From Auanema rhodensis (lineage: Eukaryota > Animalia > Nematoda): 64,000 nt of DNA. Below are positions 52,200 to 64,000 of this stretch, piece after piece. Made by a program: the position numbers and the translations under genes. The stretch is from assembly GCA_964057225.1 (NCBI GenBank), contig OZ059897.1:12772001-12836000 (forward strand), in the 5' to 3' direction. The stretch's first letter is position 1; each line of letters opens with the position of its first letter. Below the pieces are notes generated by a model that was not told the DNA's origin, did not search any database, and saw nothing but the letters and a program-made list of their open reading frames with translations.

Positions 52200-53790
52200 A
52201 TATAGGAATAGTAATCTTATGATCTGAGTAAAGTCTAACCTTTCTAGTCAGCTTGATTTAAGATGCTTGACTAAGTGAAGATTTTGCCCCCGGCTATGTA
52301 ATGACACCTCACTAATGTATGATAATTGCATTTACGCCTCCTCCAGTGTAAGCCAAAAACAGATAAATGACGTCAAATGGACTACTGTAAATCTCGTAGA
52401 GAAGTAGTATAAATGATCCCCGGATCTCTCATTCAAACTCATTCTTGTATCCGTGTTTAGCACCTACTACGCTAGCACTGCTCGTAATCCTGGCTGATGT
52501 TCTTGTCCGATTTTCATAGGGTTTGTTCTTCATATCTGTGAAGTAGGTTTACAAGGAAACTCTAATTCCTATTTCGTTTAGAATAGCCAAAAATAAAAAA
52601 TTTAAAAGAACAATTTCAATAAATTTCGAAACTCAATTAATTTCGATAGCATTTGGAATTTTTGTTACTCTATTATGACCGGCTTGCCATCTTCCTTACA
52701 CGTTAAACTTGGCGTAGCTGTTTCCTACTTCAATAATACATGTTTCCAGAAAGTACGGAAGCTTAGTCTAGTCGTTACTAATTTATACAAAACTCGACAC
52801 ATTTAATCGTGATCTTTAGCTTAATTCTTCAGAATAGTGAAAGATAGAGCAATTGCAGTAATAGCTATCTTATCCTGTGAATTATTCAACTTTTGCAGCT
52901 TAAACTGAATGTTACATGCGAATCCTCGGATAATTTTCTCCTCTATTCAATGTTCTTGAGAAAAGAACTGAACTTTATAGCTGACTTTGTTTTCAATCAT
53001 TAAAAGTGTAGAAAGATGTTTTTCAAAAAAACATTTTTTTATTTTGCAACTGGTAAACACATGTGGAACTGTTGATCTCAGTCCATTGTTCAATTTATTT
53101 TCCTCAACTTGTACCTTCTTATTCTATAATACAGCATTTCGTGTATTTCTCAAATCTTTTATATTCTCGTTCCTCCCCCAAATCCTCTCGTCAGCTTTTT
53201 GCAGTTGTACACATATGGCAACTTATTCAGTTTGTTTCTTTTTCCGCATCGGTGATGAGGCTATCCTCGTCGTTGTCGTGCTCTACATCTTATAACAGTT
53301 TTTTCAACTTTTTTTGAGCTTGTTAGCTAAGACATTTTACTTCCTTATTTTTCTTTGTTCATATATATATTTATATATATTTATACGTATGAAAAAAATA
53401 TATTTATATACTGGTGCAATAATCAACAATTCTCTAACATGGTCATCCTTATGTCTATCTGTCCATCCCTTATCAAACTGCTTTGTCAACAGCTTAAGTT
53501 GGATGCTCTTAACCTCTCCATTGACGTTTTGCAAAATTTCACAAAGTTAAAAACTTTGCTAATATAGTTCTGACATTCAAGTCGTAAAATATCCAAGTGG
53601 AAATATTATTTTTTTAATCCAAATACGAACTTTTAAGCATAGCTTGGTTTCTTCGACCTCATCAAGCCTCTGTCTTTGAATAAACAATTCAGCAAAAATT
53701 AACCAATTCTCTCAACTAGTAATGACATCAAACGATATCTCATAACTATTCTATTCGTGAATTCTTTTAAATAAGCTTTGTTCATCAACA
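52200..53790 (-). pseudogene. Heavily decayed coding sequence of unknown origin
   Basis: Protein-like minus-strand frames broken by stops and frameshifts, e.g. QRLDEVEETKLCLK, LCEILQNVNGEVKSIQLKLLTKQFDKGWTDRHKDDHVRELLIIAP, DVEHDNDEDSLITDAEKE and MCRVLYKLVTTRLSFRTFWKH. GC content is locally higher. Confidence 0.3.
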
Positions 53791-56744
53791 TAAAGTTTTA
53801 TTTTCTAGATTTTCTATCATAAAATATATTTTAAAACTGTTTATGTACTTTCTCTTTTTATCTTTTTTTAATTTTAATTTAAATTATTACAAAATTAAAA
53901 TTTTTACAAAATCTTAATCTCTTTCTCTATTTTTGGTTCTTTTTTCTCATTTCCTTCAGATATATAACCGTATTCATAACAGCTTGTAAAGAGCATTATT
54001 GACTATGGAAGGTAAGAAAACAAAATATTCTATGTGGTTCTTGAAGTGGTTTTAGTAATATAACTTCAAGTATTTTTCATTCTTTTTCTTCCAAGTAAGA
54101 CTTCATTCTCAGAAATGACAGAGCCGATGACAGCTTCCAAAGTGATGTTGCATTCACAAACTACTTCGCACATTTTATCATTTTTTATAAAATAAGAAAG
54201 CTAATAAGCTATAATGAATAGTTTTTACTTTTTCAGATTTGTTTTTTTGATTTTCACAGTATGAAATTATCAAAAAGGTTAGAAAACGGCTAAGCTTGAA
54301 CCTGAATATAATATTATGATTTTTAATAAAAAAGTACTACTCATCCATTGTTTTTTAACTATCAATTAATTAGAATTTATAAGTTTGACGTCATATTTGG
54401 TATCTTATTCTATAAAATCGCTAAAAACTTCATGTACTCTTCCAACAAAACAGGAACTACCGTAACCAATCGAATGAACAATTAGATGAATAATCAGCTT
54501 GTTTTTAACTAAATCTCTTAGATATCTTATATTCTTCCTTTTTTTATTAAAATCATATATTCTGTATTATAATAGAATGCAGACGGATTACCATATGAGT
54601 AAGAACTGATGGAATACGTTTATAGTTGCTAGGTTTCTCGGATGGTTTCTCCCGTCAACCTGCAAATACTATACAAGTATGATCATGACTTTTCAAAAAT
54701 AGTTTTAAAGATTCTTTGTTCTTCTATTCAACTTTCGTGAAATGTTGCTAAAAGGCGTGTTCTGTGAAGCAGTAAACATGTATATTTGTTTAATTTTCAT
54801 TTTCAAAATAATGTTCATTTTTGTTAAATATTCTGAAAAAAAAAAACATTATAATGAGTATTATTATAAGAAAAATATTTTATATATCTTTTATAGAAAA
54901 TATATTATGAATTATATACATATATATACTATATATTAAGTTTTCTAATACAATTTGAATACATATAAAGATATGAAAATTAACTTTGACACATTCTGAA
55001 AGCATCTCCTAATAAGGTAAAAACTTTTAGCGACATGTATGTACGCATATTGAAAGCAAATTTATAAAATTTTCTTGAATTAAATTCTTTTCTTGAGTAG
55101 AGTATAAAGTTGATACATATACATTCATTCATTCATTCATATACATATATTTATTTATATACAAAGAAATATTTATGTATATCTACAATATATCAAAAAG
55201 AGATTATATCATTGATGAATCTCTCTTCCTTATTCTTCTTCTTCATCAACGAAACTCCTTTCTATTCTATCTAACAGTCTATTGAAAAGATCAGATTTTT
55301 GGCTTCATCCGTCCTCATATCCGTATTCATTATATAATACATTGCTTCTACAGACTTTCACGCTAGATTGATCCTTAGCATGCTGGCTATCACGGCCGGT
55401 TGATCATCCTGATAATTCGTTTATGCTTAGAAATCTAAAACCACAGACGACTCAATTTCTTCAATATCCTGAGATTAGTGTTATAACGATTTTCGATTCT
55501 TTCACTTTGCAAAAAAAAGGAGAAATAAGAGTTTTTTGAGGAAGAATAGGCATTATAATTCTCAAATTTTTGAAACATATTGTCAATCTCGGTATTTTTT
55601 AGAAACAAGTCTTCAATTCATGAACATGCCATATTTTTCTTGTTATTGTTAGAGTTAACTTTGCTCAGATAAGAAATCCTTCATAGAGCACAAGCTTTCA
55701 TAATAGCTCATTCAATTCAGAAAGTCATATGAAGTCTCTTAGGACATTCAGAACATTTTTTTTGACGAAAAAAAAACATCACAAACGATTATGACGATGT
55801 TATCTTAAAACATGGTGTAGTCAATCGCCAACGTATGCCGTAAAAACCAACAGACTCTGAGCATTGAAGTATTATATCCTAAAGACAATAAACACGAAAA
55901 TCTCCAATTTTGCTGTTTTTTTCCACTCAAAAGACCAGAAAGTAACCAAATTATTTAAGGAACCAATTTCAAAATCAGAAAATAATGAAAAAGCATGGCT
56001 TGTAAAAGCAATATGCAGAAAAAAAAAGATTAGACTAAATTGGCTTAGAGAATGAAGATATAGAACCATATTATGTTTGTTATACACAATAAAATATGAT
56101 TTCAGAAACTAAGTATTATATAATGTAAAATGACGTTATATGTGGTTTCGATTTTTGATAGAAAAAAGAATAATTTGTTCATTTTATGTCTCAAACTTGG
56201 AATTTTATAGATGTCTGTAGATATTGTGCATAAAGAATATGAGAGAATTAAATAGAAGGTCTTCGATGTTCAAGAACAAGAAATTTCTTCCGTTATGGCT
56301 TGTCATTAAAGTCAAACTTCTGTTTTGTGCCCTTTATCATGTACTAATCGGTTAATCTCTTTGTATTAAATAGATTCTATGTATATATTCTTTTTTAACG
56401 GAAATTATACAGCAGATTTTTGATGGCATTATATAGTCAATGCTTTGATGATCTCAATGTTAGACTCTCCTTTTTCGGAAAAACGACTACATCAATCTTC
56501 ACGATATCTCTAACTTGCTCCTCCTACCCCTTCTCTTTCTTATTCTTAGTTTGCTTCTTCAGTCTTCAGGCGAAGTTATTTTCTTCCTCACACAACTATG
56601 ACAACTATCTCTTCCTTAATGAAACTGTTTATCATTCTCATACAACATATTTCTTTTTTTTTGTTTATTTTTTTTTCTTTTCATATGATAACGCTTCACT
56701 TAGTTCTATAAATGAATATCAATTATTTTACAGTGGGTTACATC

Positions 56745-57189
56745 ATGCAGTCTACCGTATCCGTATTCCTTATTTGCGCCATGGCCAGCTGTATTTTGGC
56801 ACAACAGGTTAGTTCATTCAATATTAAGAAATTTTCAAAAATTACTTATAGATTACAACGGAAGAAGATATTTCTGCTGATAAGCGAGTTCGCCAATTTG
56901 CTTTTGCGAAACGATCACCTTACCGTACCTTCGCTTTTGCTAAACGTGGAGTTTTTGAAGATGACGACGATGATGAGGTTACATCAGATGTTGACAAACG
57001 TGCCCGATTTGCTTTCGCTAAAAGGTGAGACCAACTAAATATTTACCAATTTTCAATTATTGTGTAACTAAACTTATTTTGGCTTACTAAATGATATGTT
57101 ACAGAGGATACCGCACATTTGCCTTCGCCAAGAGAGCTTCTCCTTATGGTTTCGCTTTCGCCAAACGTGGTATGAGCTCATTTGCTTAG
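56745..57189 (+). CDS. nlp-18: Neuropeptide-like precursor NLP-18 (FAFA peptides), 3 exons
   Basis: Exons 56745-56807, 56852-57024 and 57105-57189 give MQSTVSVFLICAMASCILAQQITTEEDISADKR-VRQFAFA-KR-SPYRTFAFA-KR-GVFEDDDDDEVTSDVD-KR-ARFAFA-KR-GYRTFAFA-KR-ASPYGFAFA-KR-GMSSFA*. SPYRTFAFA and ASPYGFAFA are C. elegans NLP-18 peptides. Confidence 0.93.
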
Positions 57190-58771
57190 ATTCATCCCGT
57201 GATTTTCCTAGTCGATGATCTCTCTCCCGTTTACAACCATCAGCGAAATTTTCAGAATCTCTTTTAGTCTATCCAGCATTTATTAAGAGATCTTTAAGTT
57301 TTTGTGTCTTTTAAATTTAAAAAAATCAGCCAATATTATGCTTTGTTTTTCTTGATTATCATACATAAATATGATAATACTGATGATAATAACGATGATG
57401 ATAATGTAATCTTCACAAGCTGTGAAAACGAGTTGCAACTAGAGCACTTTTACCTTATTCGTGTCAGCCAGTATATTCTTTTTTCTCAAAACTCCCACTC
57501 ATACTTTTTTGAAGTTTGAACTCTATAGAATAATTTATTTCAAACATAGTTCAAGTATTCAATGTTGGGTATACATCTATAAGAAAAGATATTTCACTAT
57601 CTTTATACTTTTACTTAATATCAATAACTTTGTGATGAGTTTGTCTCATTTTGACCGAATAAAGGCTTACTGTTAATTATTTTTGCATGATACGCTTTCT
57701 TTCATGACAAAAACATAGAAATTTTATGTTAAAACAATGATATCAGCTTATTTTTACTTTTTTATTGAAACTTTAATTATATAATTTGTATATTTATGTT
57801 TGCCGCAACAAGCTTCGATTAGCACGTGTACAAATTTATTCGTAACTTCCTTCCAGTTGAATTCTTCTCTCGATAAGAAAACATCAGAGTTGTTTTACTT
57901 ATTTTATAGAAAAAAACATGATAAGGAGTTTTCTAATCTTTTTTCTTTCAAAGATAATCAAAATTATTATATTAATTCTATAAAACTTGCAAGATCATTA
58001 TAGTTTTCAGAATATACTTTACTTTACTATCGTAATCATGAAAACTTAATCGTTGGATTTAACGAATCAGGAAAAAATGAAAAAATATAATTTCAATTAA
58101 CTATTTGATCTTACACTTTTCTCATAATTAAGGGTGATTTCTGATTTTTTCATGAAATACACATGCTCATTCCGTCTAGTTGGAAGAAGCAACATGGATA
58201 TAGCATATATAACGAATGTAAATATATGTATGTGATAAGGAATCAGAGTAATTATAATTCAGCAACGAACAACGCTATGACAATCATTTTCATAATTTTT
58301 TGATTAAAATAGGAAAGGGCTATGTTTACATCATCACATTTTTCCCACGTGTAATTAATAATATATATATATATAATTTTATACATAAACTTATATATGT
58401 ATATATACATATAATAACAATAAGCATGTCTTTCTGATTTTATGGTCAAACTTTGCTCTGTGAAAATTCTAACTTCAGCATCATTTTTTTCAATTTTTTT
58501 TTCAATTTTCTCACTTTTCTTTCCAAAAAATTTAGCTTTTTCTTCCACATATATTCTCCAGATACTTTTCCTGAGATTGTTAAGAATATTTATATTTTGT
58601 CTAGAAAAATTGTTTTATTATTTTAGGAAACATCGAATTTTGCTAATTCCCACACAAATGGTTTCAAAGAAAATGTAAAAAGTGAAAAGAGCTTACACAA
58701 AATTACTTTGCATATCAGAGATATGTGCACATACATATATGAGTATGAAAATTGAATCAAACAAGTAATCA

Positions 58772-58846
58772 TATATATTTCCTATACTGTTTGAGTAGTA
58801 TATAAGAAGCTGGATGGTCATTTTGCCCAATCCCAATTTTTTGCAC
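58772..58846 (+). repeat. Dispersed direct repeat, copy 1 (about 75 bp; possible transposon terminus)
   Basis: TATATATTTCCTATACTGTTTGAGTAGTATATAAGAAG (38 bp) is identical to 61062-61099, followed by shared GATGGTCATTTTGCCCAAT and TTTTTGCAC. Confidence 0.85.
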
Positions 58847-58926
58847 ACACAGTAATCCTCAAATGATGCAACAGTGGGCAAAGTAAGGATTGATAAAACA
58901 TGAAATTAATTACCTTTTCGTTTTAG

Positions 58927-59334
58927 TTATTGGCAACAGCAGGGAGGTACTCCGGGACAACAGCCACCACAAGGATCAAATGCTGGCCACTAAAATATTT
59001 CAAAACCAAACCACGGTCTTTTAAACTTGCTCTCCATTGTAGTGAAATATATTAAGGAAAAAAAGGTATACGTGTCTTTTATTCAACTCTTTTTTCACCG
59101 TTGTTACACAGATGTTGTTGTTTTGTCTTCTGACGCGTATTAATAATAATTTATCTTGAACTCGATTGAAAAGAGTAAAAACTATCCTTGAATCTATTCT
59201 TGCGGAAACTTGAAGTACAAACATATATCTTATGAATATGCTGAAAGAAATTCACAATAATGCAACATAGTAAAACAGTAATTGACAGTTTCTCACCCAT
59301 GGGAAAGCGAAAGAACATTAGAAGGAAGAAACAT
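58927..59334 (-). CDS. Small Cys-rich propeptide (about 89 aa), 3 exons
   Basis: Exons 59334-59297, 59240-59072 and 58989-58927 join in frame with GT-AG introns: MFLPSNVLSLSHGIFIRYMFVLQVSARIDSRIVFTLFNRVQDKLLLIRVRR-QNNNICVTTVKKELNKR-HWPAFDPCGGCCPGVPPCCCQ*. The signal peptide is weak and exon 1 is uncertain. Confidence 0.5.
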
Positions 59335-59425
59335 TGAGTAATAATTTCTTGGGAAACATTGGAATTTCAATCCAATCGTGTTTCAGGCTACTTTCCCTCC
59401 ACACCAGCATTCTCTTTTAGTAGTA

Positions 59426-60786
59426 ATGATCGCGATTGGACCAAGATTCAACAATGATCCTAGCATTTTCAATCTTCAAAATGAAATTCTACTTATTCAA
59501 AATAAATCCTATCTGTATAATCCTTTACTTCGAGCAAGTGTAATAGCTTCCGTAAGTTTTTATTTATAATCTGCCGATATCTTCGAATAACTTAAAGATA
59601 TGTGGTATCGGAGCTATTCTTAATGGATCATCAGCGTATTCTATTAGTAGCAGCTCAATTTTTAAGTTTGTGTATAAAGCAATGCTAAGAAAATTTTTGA
59701 TATTTAGAAAAACTCCATATGCTTTAACACAGATATATCATAATTTATCACAAAGTTTAACATTGATTTGTATTCTGATATGGACTGTGACCTATATCAT
59801 CATGTATGATTACATGTAAATATTTTACCACAATAATTTCTATTTTAAGCGGTCCTACGAATTCTTTATATTTACGTCATGTAAATGATATACTTGGACA
59901 GTTTTCTATAATGTTTTATGAATGTGCTGTTTGTAGTTATTTTTTAGTTTGTATAACCAGGTAATCGTGACAGCTCAGATTTGAATATATATGGTCTTAC
60001 TCACATTTCTTACAGATTTATGGCTGTGTCATATCCAGTTATTTACCGGAACATAGATTTTCTTCAATATTTGAGAATTTCTCTAATTGTGGTTACCATT
60101 CTTGCCATAATTTATTTTTGCGTATACTTTTTTCGTATGTATTTTAGATCATATTCTTTTTATTTCTAATTTAAATATTATCTTTCTAATTTCTAATTTT
60201 TTTAGTTGACTGCTCATTTGGTGCACACGAAACCACAATAATATACTCATTCTCTGAAAATGTGTGTGGAAATACTTTGAAATTCTCCATGGATTTTTGT
60301 TTTAACGTAATTATGTATCTTTTATCATTCGTTTTCAATTTTTTCACTTTATTCTCCATTAGATCTGCTCGGAAGGTTCAAAGTTTTAAGTTTTATGAAA
60401 TAGAGTAATAACATCTTTTTAGATGAGTAATCTAAAGCCATGGAATGATCGTAGAAGATACAAAGAAAATATTTATTTTATACAAGTTGTACTCCAAATC
60501 AAGATGTCAAACTTAACACTTTTATTTCAGATTATTTTTAGTCTTTGTAATAACTTGTGTATGCTAAGCTGCTTTCATGTGGCGGGTCCATTTTTTGAGG
60601 ACACTCTCACTGTATTTTTACTTACTACATTATGTTGGGTAATGTCAATTACTTTGGAAGGGTTAGAAAAGGTTTAATGTTGACATTAAAATGTTTTGTT
60701 ATTTTAGGCTTCTAATATTAGTAACAAGTACTAGCCTGATCAACAATTGCTTCAAACAGAAAATGAGTATTTCTTCTACAACATGA
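59426..60786 (+). CDS. Nematode serpentine chemoreceptor (7TM GPCR, Srx-like), 9 exons
   Basis: Hydrophobic exons including TM3 LGQFSIMFYECAVCSYFLVCITRFMAVSYPVIYR, ECL2 DCSF...YSFSENVCGNTLKFSMDFCFN, RRRYKENIYFIQ and FLLTTLCWVMSITLEGLLIL, which are Srx-family-like motifs. The ATG is preceded by a TTTTAG acceptor. Confidence 0.85.
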
Positions 60787-61061
60787 TTGCTATATATCAT
60801 TTCAAACATAATTTGAATTAAGTTGTTTCTAATTTCAAATTTTGTTAAATAAAAAAATTCAAAATAGTCAAAAAACACTATTTTTCCTTATAAATTTAGA
60901 AATAATATTGAAATCAGTTTTCATTATATTAACATATATTTTGACTGATACTATGTGACTCTACGAAACTTATGAAATTAAAAAAAAGTTGTTTTTTGTA
61001 GTTTGAAGGGATTTCTGGGACCTCTAAGAGATTTTTGTCCGAGGTTTTTCGCACAAGACTG

Positions 61062-61136
61062 TATATATTTCCTATACTGTTTGAGTAGTATATAAGAAGT
61101 TGGCGCTAGATGGTCATTTTGCCCAATTTTTTGCAC
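61062..61136 (+). repeat. Dispersed direct repeat, copy 2
   Basis: Matches 58772-58846, with small indels after the 38-bp identical core. Confidence 0.85.
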
Positions 61137-61435
61137 TTTTTGACTATTTTAATGCACAAAATCATCAAAATCTGTCGTAACTTAATGAAAATCTGGCTTT
61201 TCTGAAAAAATTACAATTTTGACCATATGTACCCAGTACCTTTCCCAAATAAAAATGACCTCAATAAATGACTCTTGATGAAGATCTGAATCCATCAACA
61301 AATCTAGACCTCGAAGAGCTTTTCAAAGTTTTTTTAATTTAAAAATTATTTATCAGGATTCATATCAAAAATAATAAATTAAAATACACAAAAAATATCC
61401 AAAATAGATATAAGAAACAGCCTAAAACTTCAGCC

Positions 61436-62189
61436 TTACTTCGTAGCTGATCCCTCATGAGATGAAACCGGTGAGATGGCATCTTCAAGGAGGTTGAGAG
61501 CGCGCACAACCGTTTCTAGAGCAGCCTGTTCCTCAGCGGTGGCGGCAGGTCCTATAAAACAAAAAATACATCTGTAATTGAAATAGTTGAATATGCAAAC
61601 ATTCTAAAAATATATATTTTAAAAAGTACCCAAGTAGCAAAGATCGGCAAGCACACAGCTCGCATCGGTTTGCCTCTTCAGTCGAAGTAGTAGTGGTTCG
61701 TAAGCCGAGGACTAAATGTAATATTCTGTCGTTAGATGATTATGCATGCACATTCGCATCAATTGATCTAATATTATATTTTATTGTTCGCTTAATAATA
61801 GAAAAAAGAACATACTTCCATCACGTCTGGAGAGGCAAATGAAGGATCGAGACGAATCCGAACTAAAAAAGTTTTAAATTAATCAAATACATTGTTATCA
61901 AAGAAAGTAAAAAGTTTAAAGGTTTCGTATACCTCCTTGATGTAGTAGGGCAACTTCTATCTCTTCTATTTTGTCGAAAAGAGTGTTGCCTAACACCTCT
62001 TGAGTTTCCAAGTCCATTCGACGCTGACTGAAGCATACAAATTAAATTTTAACGAAAGTAAAAATAAAAAATTCAGATCAAAAATATCAGTTAAATTGGA
62101 ATGGAAAATAATTCAAAATTATATTCTCACTTTTCCAGGATATTGTATCGGACGTCCAAGTACAACCCAGAAAGCGATCGTGCTTCTAC
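61436..62189 (-). CDS. Small spliced orphan gene adjacent to the Maverick polB (5 traced exons; start uncertain)
   Basis: Phase-consistent GT-AG exons give VEARSLSGLYLDVRYNILENQRRMDLETQEVLGNTLFDKIEEIEVALLHQGVRIRLDPSFASPDVMESSAYEPLLLRLKRQTDASCVLADLCYLGPAATAEEQAALETVVRALNLLEDAISPVSSHEGSATK*. The first in-frame ATG is at 62017. Confidence 0.6.
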
Positions 62190-62284
62190 CTAAAAAAAAA
62201 GAAGGACGAAGTGTCTCGCTTATAAATTGCTTCAAAGTTGCTTCAAAGACTTAATTTTTTATCTAGGAGTCAAAGACTCTGATA

Positions 62285-62700
62285 ATGAGCGGAAATTTTC
62301 CAACTCCCATGGATCTTTAAGATTCAAGAAATACAAGTTTTTCGAAGGCGGAACTACTGGAAACTGAACAAGAAGAGTTTCGAAAGGACATGGAAGAAAC
62401 TACTTTGAAACGACTGAAAAAAAAGGTTTGCCAATTTTTTAGATCCCAGGAAATGAAATTTTCTCAGGCTGAAATGCTGGAAGATAAGGCAGCAAAAGCA
62501 ACTGCAGAAGTTTCTTTTGCAAGAGCTTACTGATAATGAGAAGAAGTTAATTGAGAAGAGACAAACAGCACATCAACAAAGAAAAAAGGTGAGAATTTAA
62601 TGAATTCACTTTGTAAAAATAACCGCGATAGTAAGAATAAAGCAAGAGATGAAGCAGAAGATCGTCGAAAACTTGAAGAGTATTAGTTAGTTAAAAGAAA
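62285..62700 (+). pseudogene. Decayed charged/coiled-coil gene
   Basis: MSGNFPTPMDL*(TAA 62318-62320)DSRNTSFSKAELLETEQEEFRKDMEETTLKRLKKK, intron, AEMLEDKAAKATAE, frameshift, QELTDNEKKLIEKRQTAHQQRKK, then a GT donor. Confidence 0.4.
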
Positions 62701-62969
62701 ACTTGAAGAATATAAGTTATTACATTGTGCTGGTATTTTTAAAAAATAGTCATACTGGTATTCATAAACTTTAACCATACTGGTATCATATTCTATCCTT
62801 TGGATATAGGAGTCTTCGACTCTGAAGACTCTTGCAATAATGATTGAATACTATTATTTTATCTTCATTACTTTCCTCATTTATTTAAATAAATACATTG
62901 ATGTTTGTTTCAAGTGCAAGATAAAGACGAATACGCTCATTATGGTTCGAGTTCTCACAAAGAACAACA

Positions 62970-64000
62970 GATAAAACAAAACTCCCGAAAAGAGACAAAT
63001 TTTATGACAAGCTCAATAATAAAAAATGTAAAAGAAAGAATTATCGATATGCAGTGAAAGTTTGGAAAAAAAACAAAGTGTACTAGTTTGGAAGATTACA
63101 GTAGAATTTATATAATCAATGATGTCCTATTATTACCAGATGTCTTCGAAAATTTCAGAACTTTGAGTCTAAGGGTTTATCAACTTGATCCTTGTTGGTA
63201 CTTTACTTCTCCAGGATTAGCTTTGGGATGCAATGCTTAAGAAAACTAAAGTAGAATTAGATATACTTCATGATGTTGAGATGTATCTCATGATTGAAAA
63301 AGGAATTAGAGGTGGAATAGTTAATGCTGTCAAAAGATATTCTAAGGTTAATAACAAATACACTAAAAACTTCAATAAAAAACAATTAAATAATTTCCTT
63401 TTGTATTTAGATGCTAACAATTGGTATGGATGGGCAATGTGTCAAATGTTACCTACTGGAGACTTCAAATTTGAAACTCAATCTTTAATAAGTATTCAAT
63501 GGTGAAGCTGAAGCCAAATTGGATCTAAAGGATTATATTGAACATTTGAAAAAGTTAGATAGAGGTTGCATATTTGAAGTAGATTTAGAATATCCCAAAG
63601 AAATACAATCAAGGCATAATGATTTTCCTATGTGTCCAGAGAATGTAAAAATTGTTAATCAAGGTATTAAAAGGTGGGCACTACCTTATTTGATAAAGAG
63701 AAGTATGTGATCCACTATGAAAATCTCTTACAGTGCCTTCAATTTCAAACAATTTCAACAATCATTATTTTCAAGGAAAGCAATTGGTTAGCCTCATATA
63801 TTGAAATGAACACAAATCTAAGAAAAAAGTCTAAAAATTATTTTGAGAAGGATTTTTTCAAATTAACGAATAATAATGTATTTGGAAAAACTATGGAAAA
63901 TGTTAGAGAAAGAGCTGATGTACGTTTAGTTACTGATGACGATAAATTTAAGAAGTTAGCCTCAAAATCTAACTACAAAAGAAGAAGAATGTATAATAAA
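62970..64000 (+). mobile_element. Maverick/Polinton (adintovirus-like) protein-primed family B DNA polymerase, frameshifted and 5'-truncated; continues past the window end
   Basis: LPKRDKFYDKL...DVLLLPDVFENFR...LDPCWYFTSPGLA/WDAMLKKTKVELDILHDVEMYLMIEKGIRGG, motif A YLDANNWYGWAMCQMLPTGDF, IFEVDLEYPKEI..HNDFPMCPE, motif [23 protein letters not shown]. Intronless, with several frameshifts and stops. Confidence 0.92.

Noticed and set aside
56190-56205. Partial SL1 match (CCAAGTTTGAG on the - strand)
   Set aside because: Only 11 nt match, with no GT donor or Sm site following.

Overview
AT-rich, intron-dense nematode genomic DNA, probably clade V/rhabditid. All gene models were traced by hand from splice sites and reading-frame phase. 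Homolog assignments come from recalled protein sequences, not from a search. Left half, + strand: a tandem cluster of three DEG-3-subfamily nicotinic receptor genes (des-2, deg-3 and an mptl-1 ortholog, the monepantel target), then a pyroglutamyl peptidase I and a secreted helical protein. A Thr/Glu-rich secreted protein and an orphan gene with a probable GC-AG intron follow on the - strand. Centre: the TEAD factor egl-44 (-) with about 20 kb of mostly non-coding upstream DNA. Right end: nlp-18, a head-to-head pair of a Cys-rich propeptide gene and an Srx-like GPCR flanked by a direct repeat, two small orphan genes or pseudogenes, and a frameshifted Maverick/Polinton protein-primed DNA polymerase B running off the window. 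The most unusual unexplained signals are a 32/29-bp phased array of TTCACGTRAA motifs, the repeat-bounded peptide/GPCR cassette next to the Maverick remnant, a TEAD double site upstream of the TEAD gene, and a high frequency of AAG 3' splice sites.
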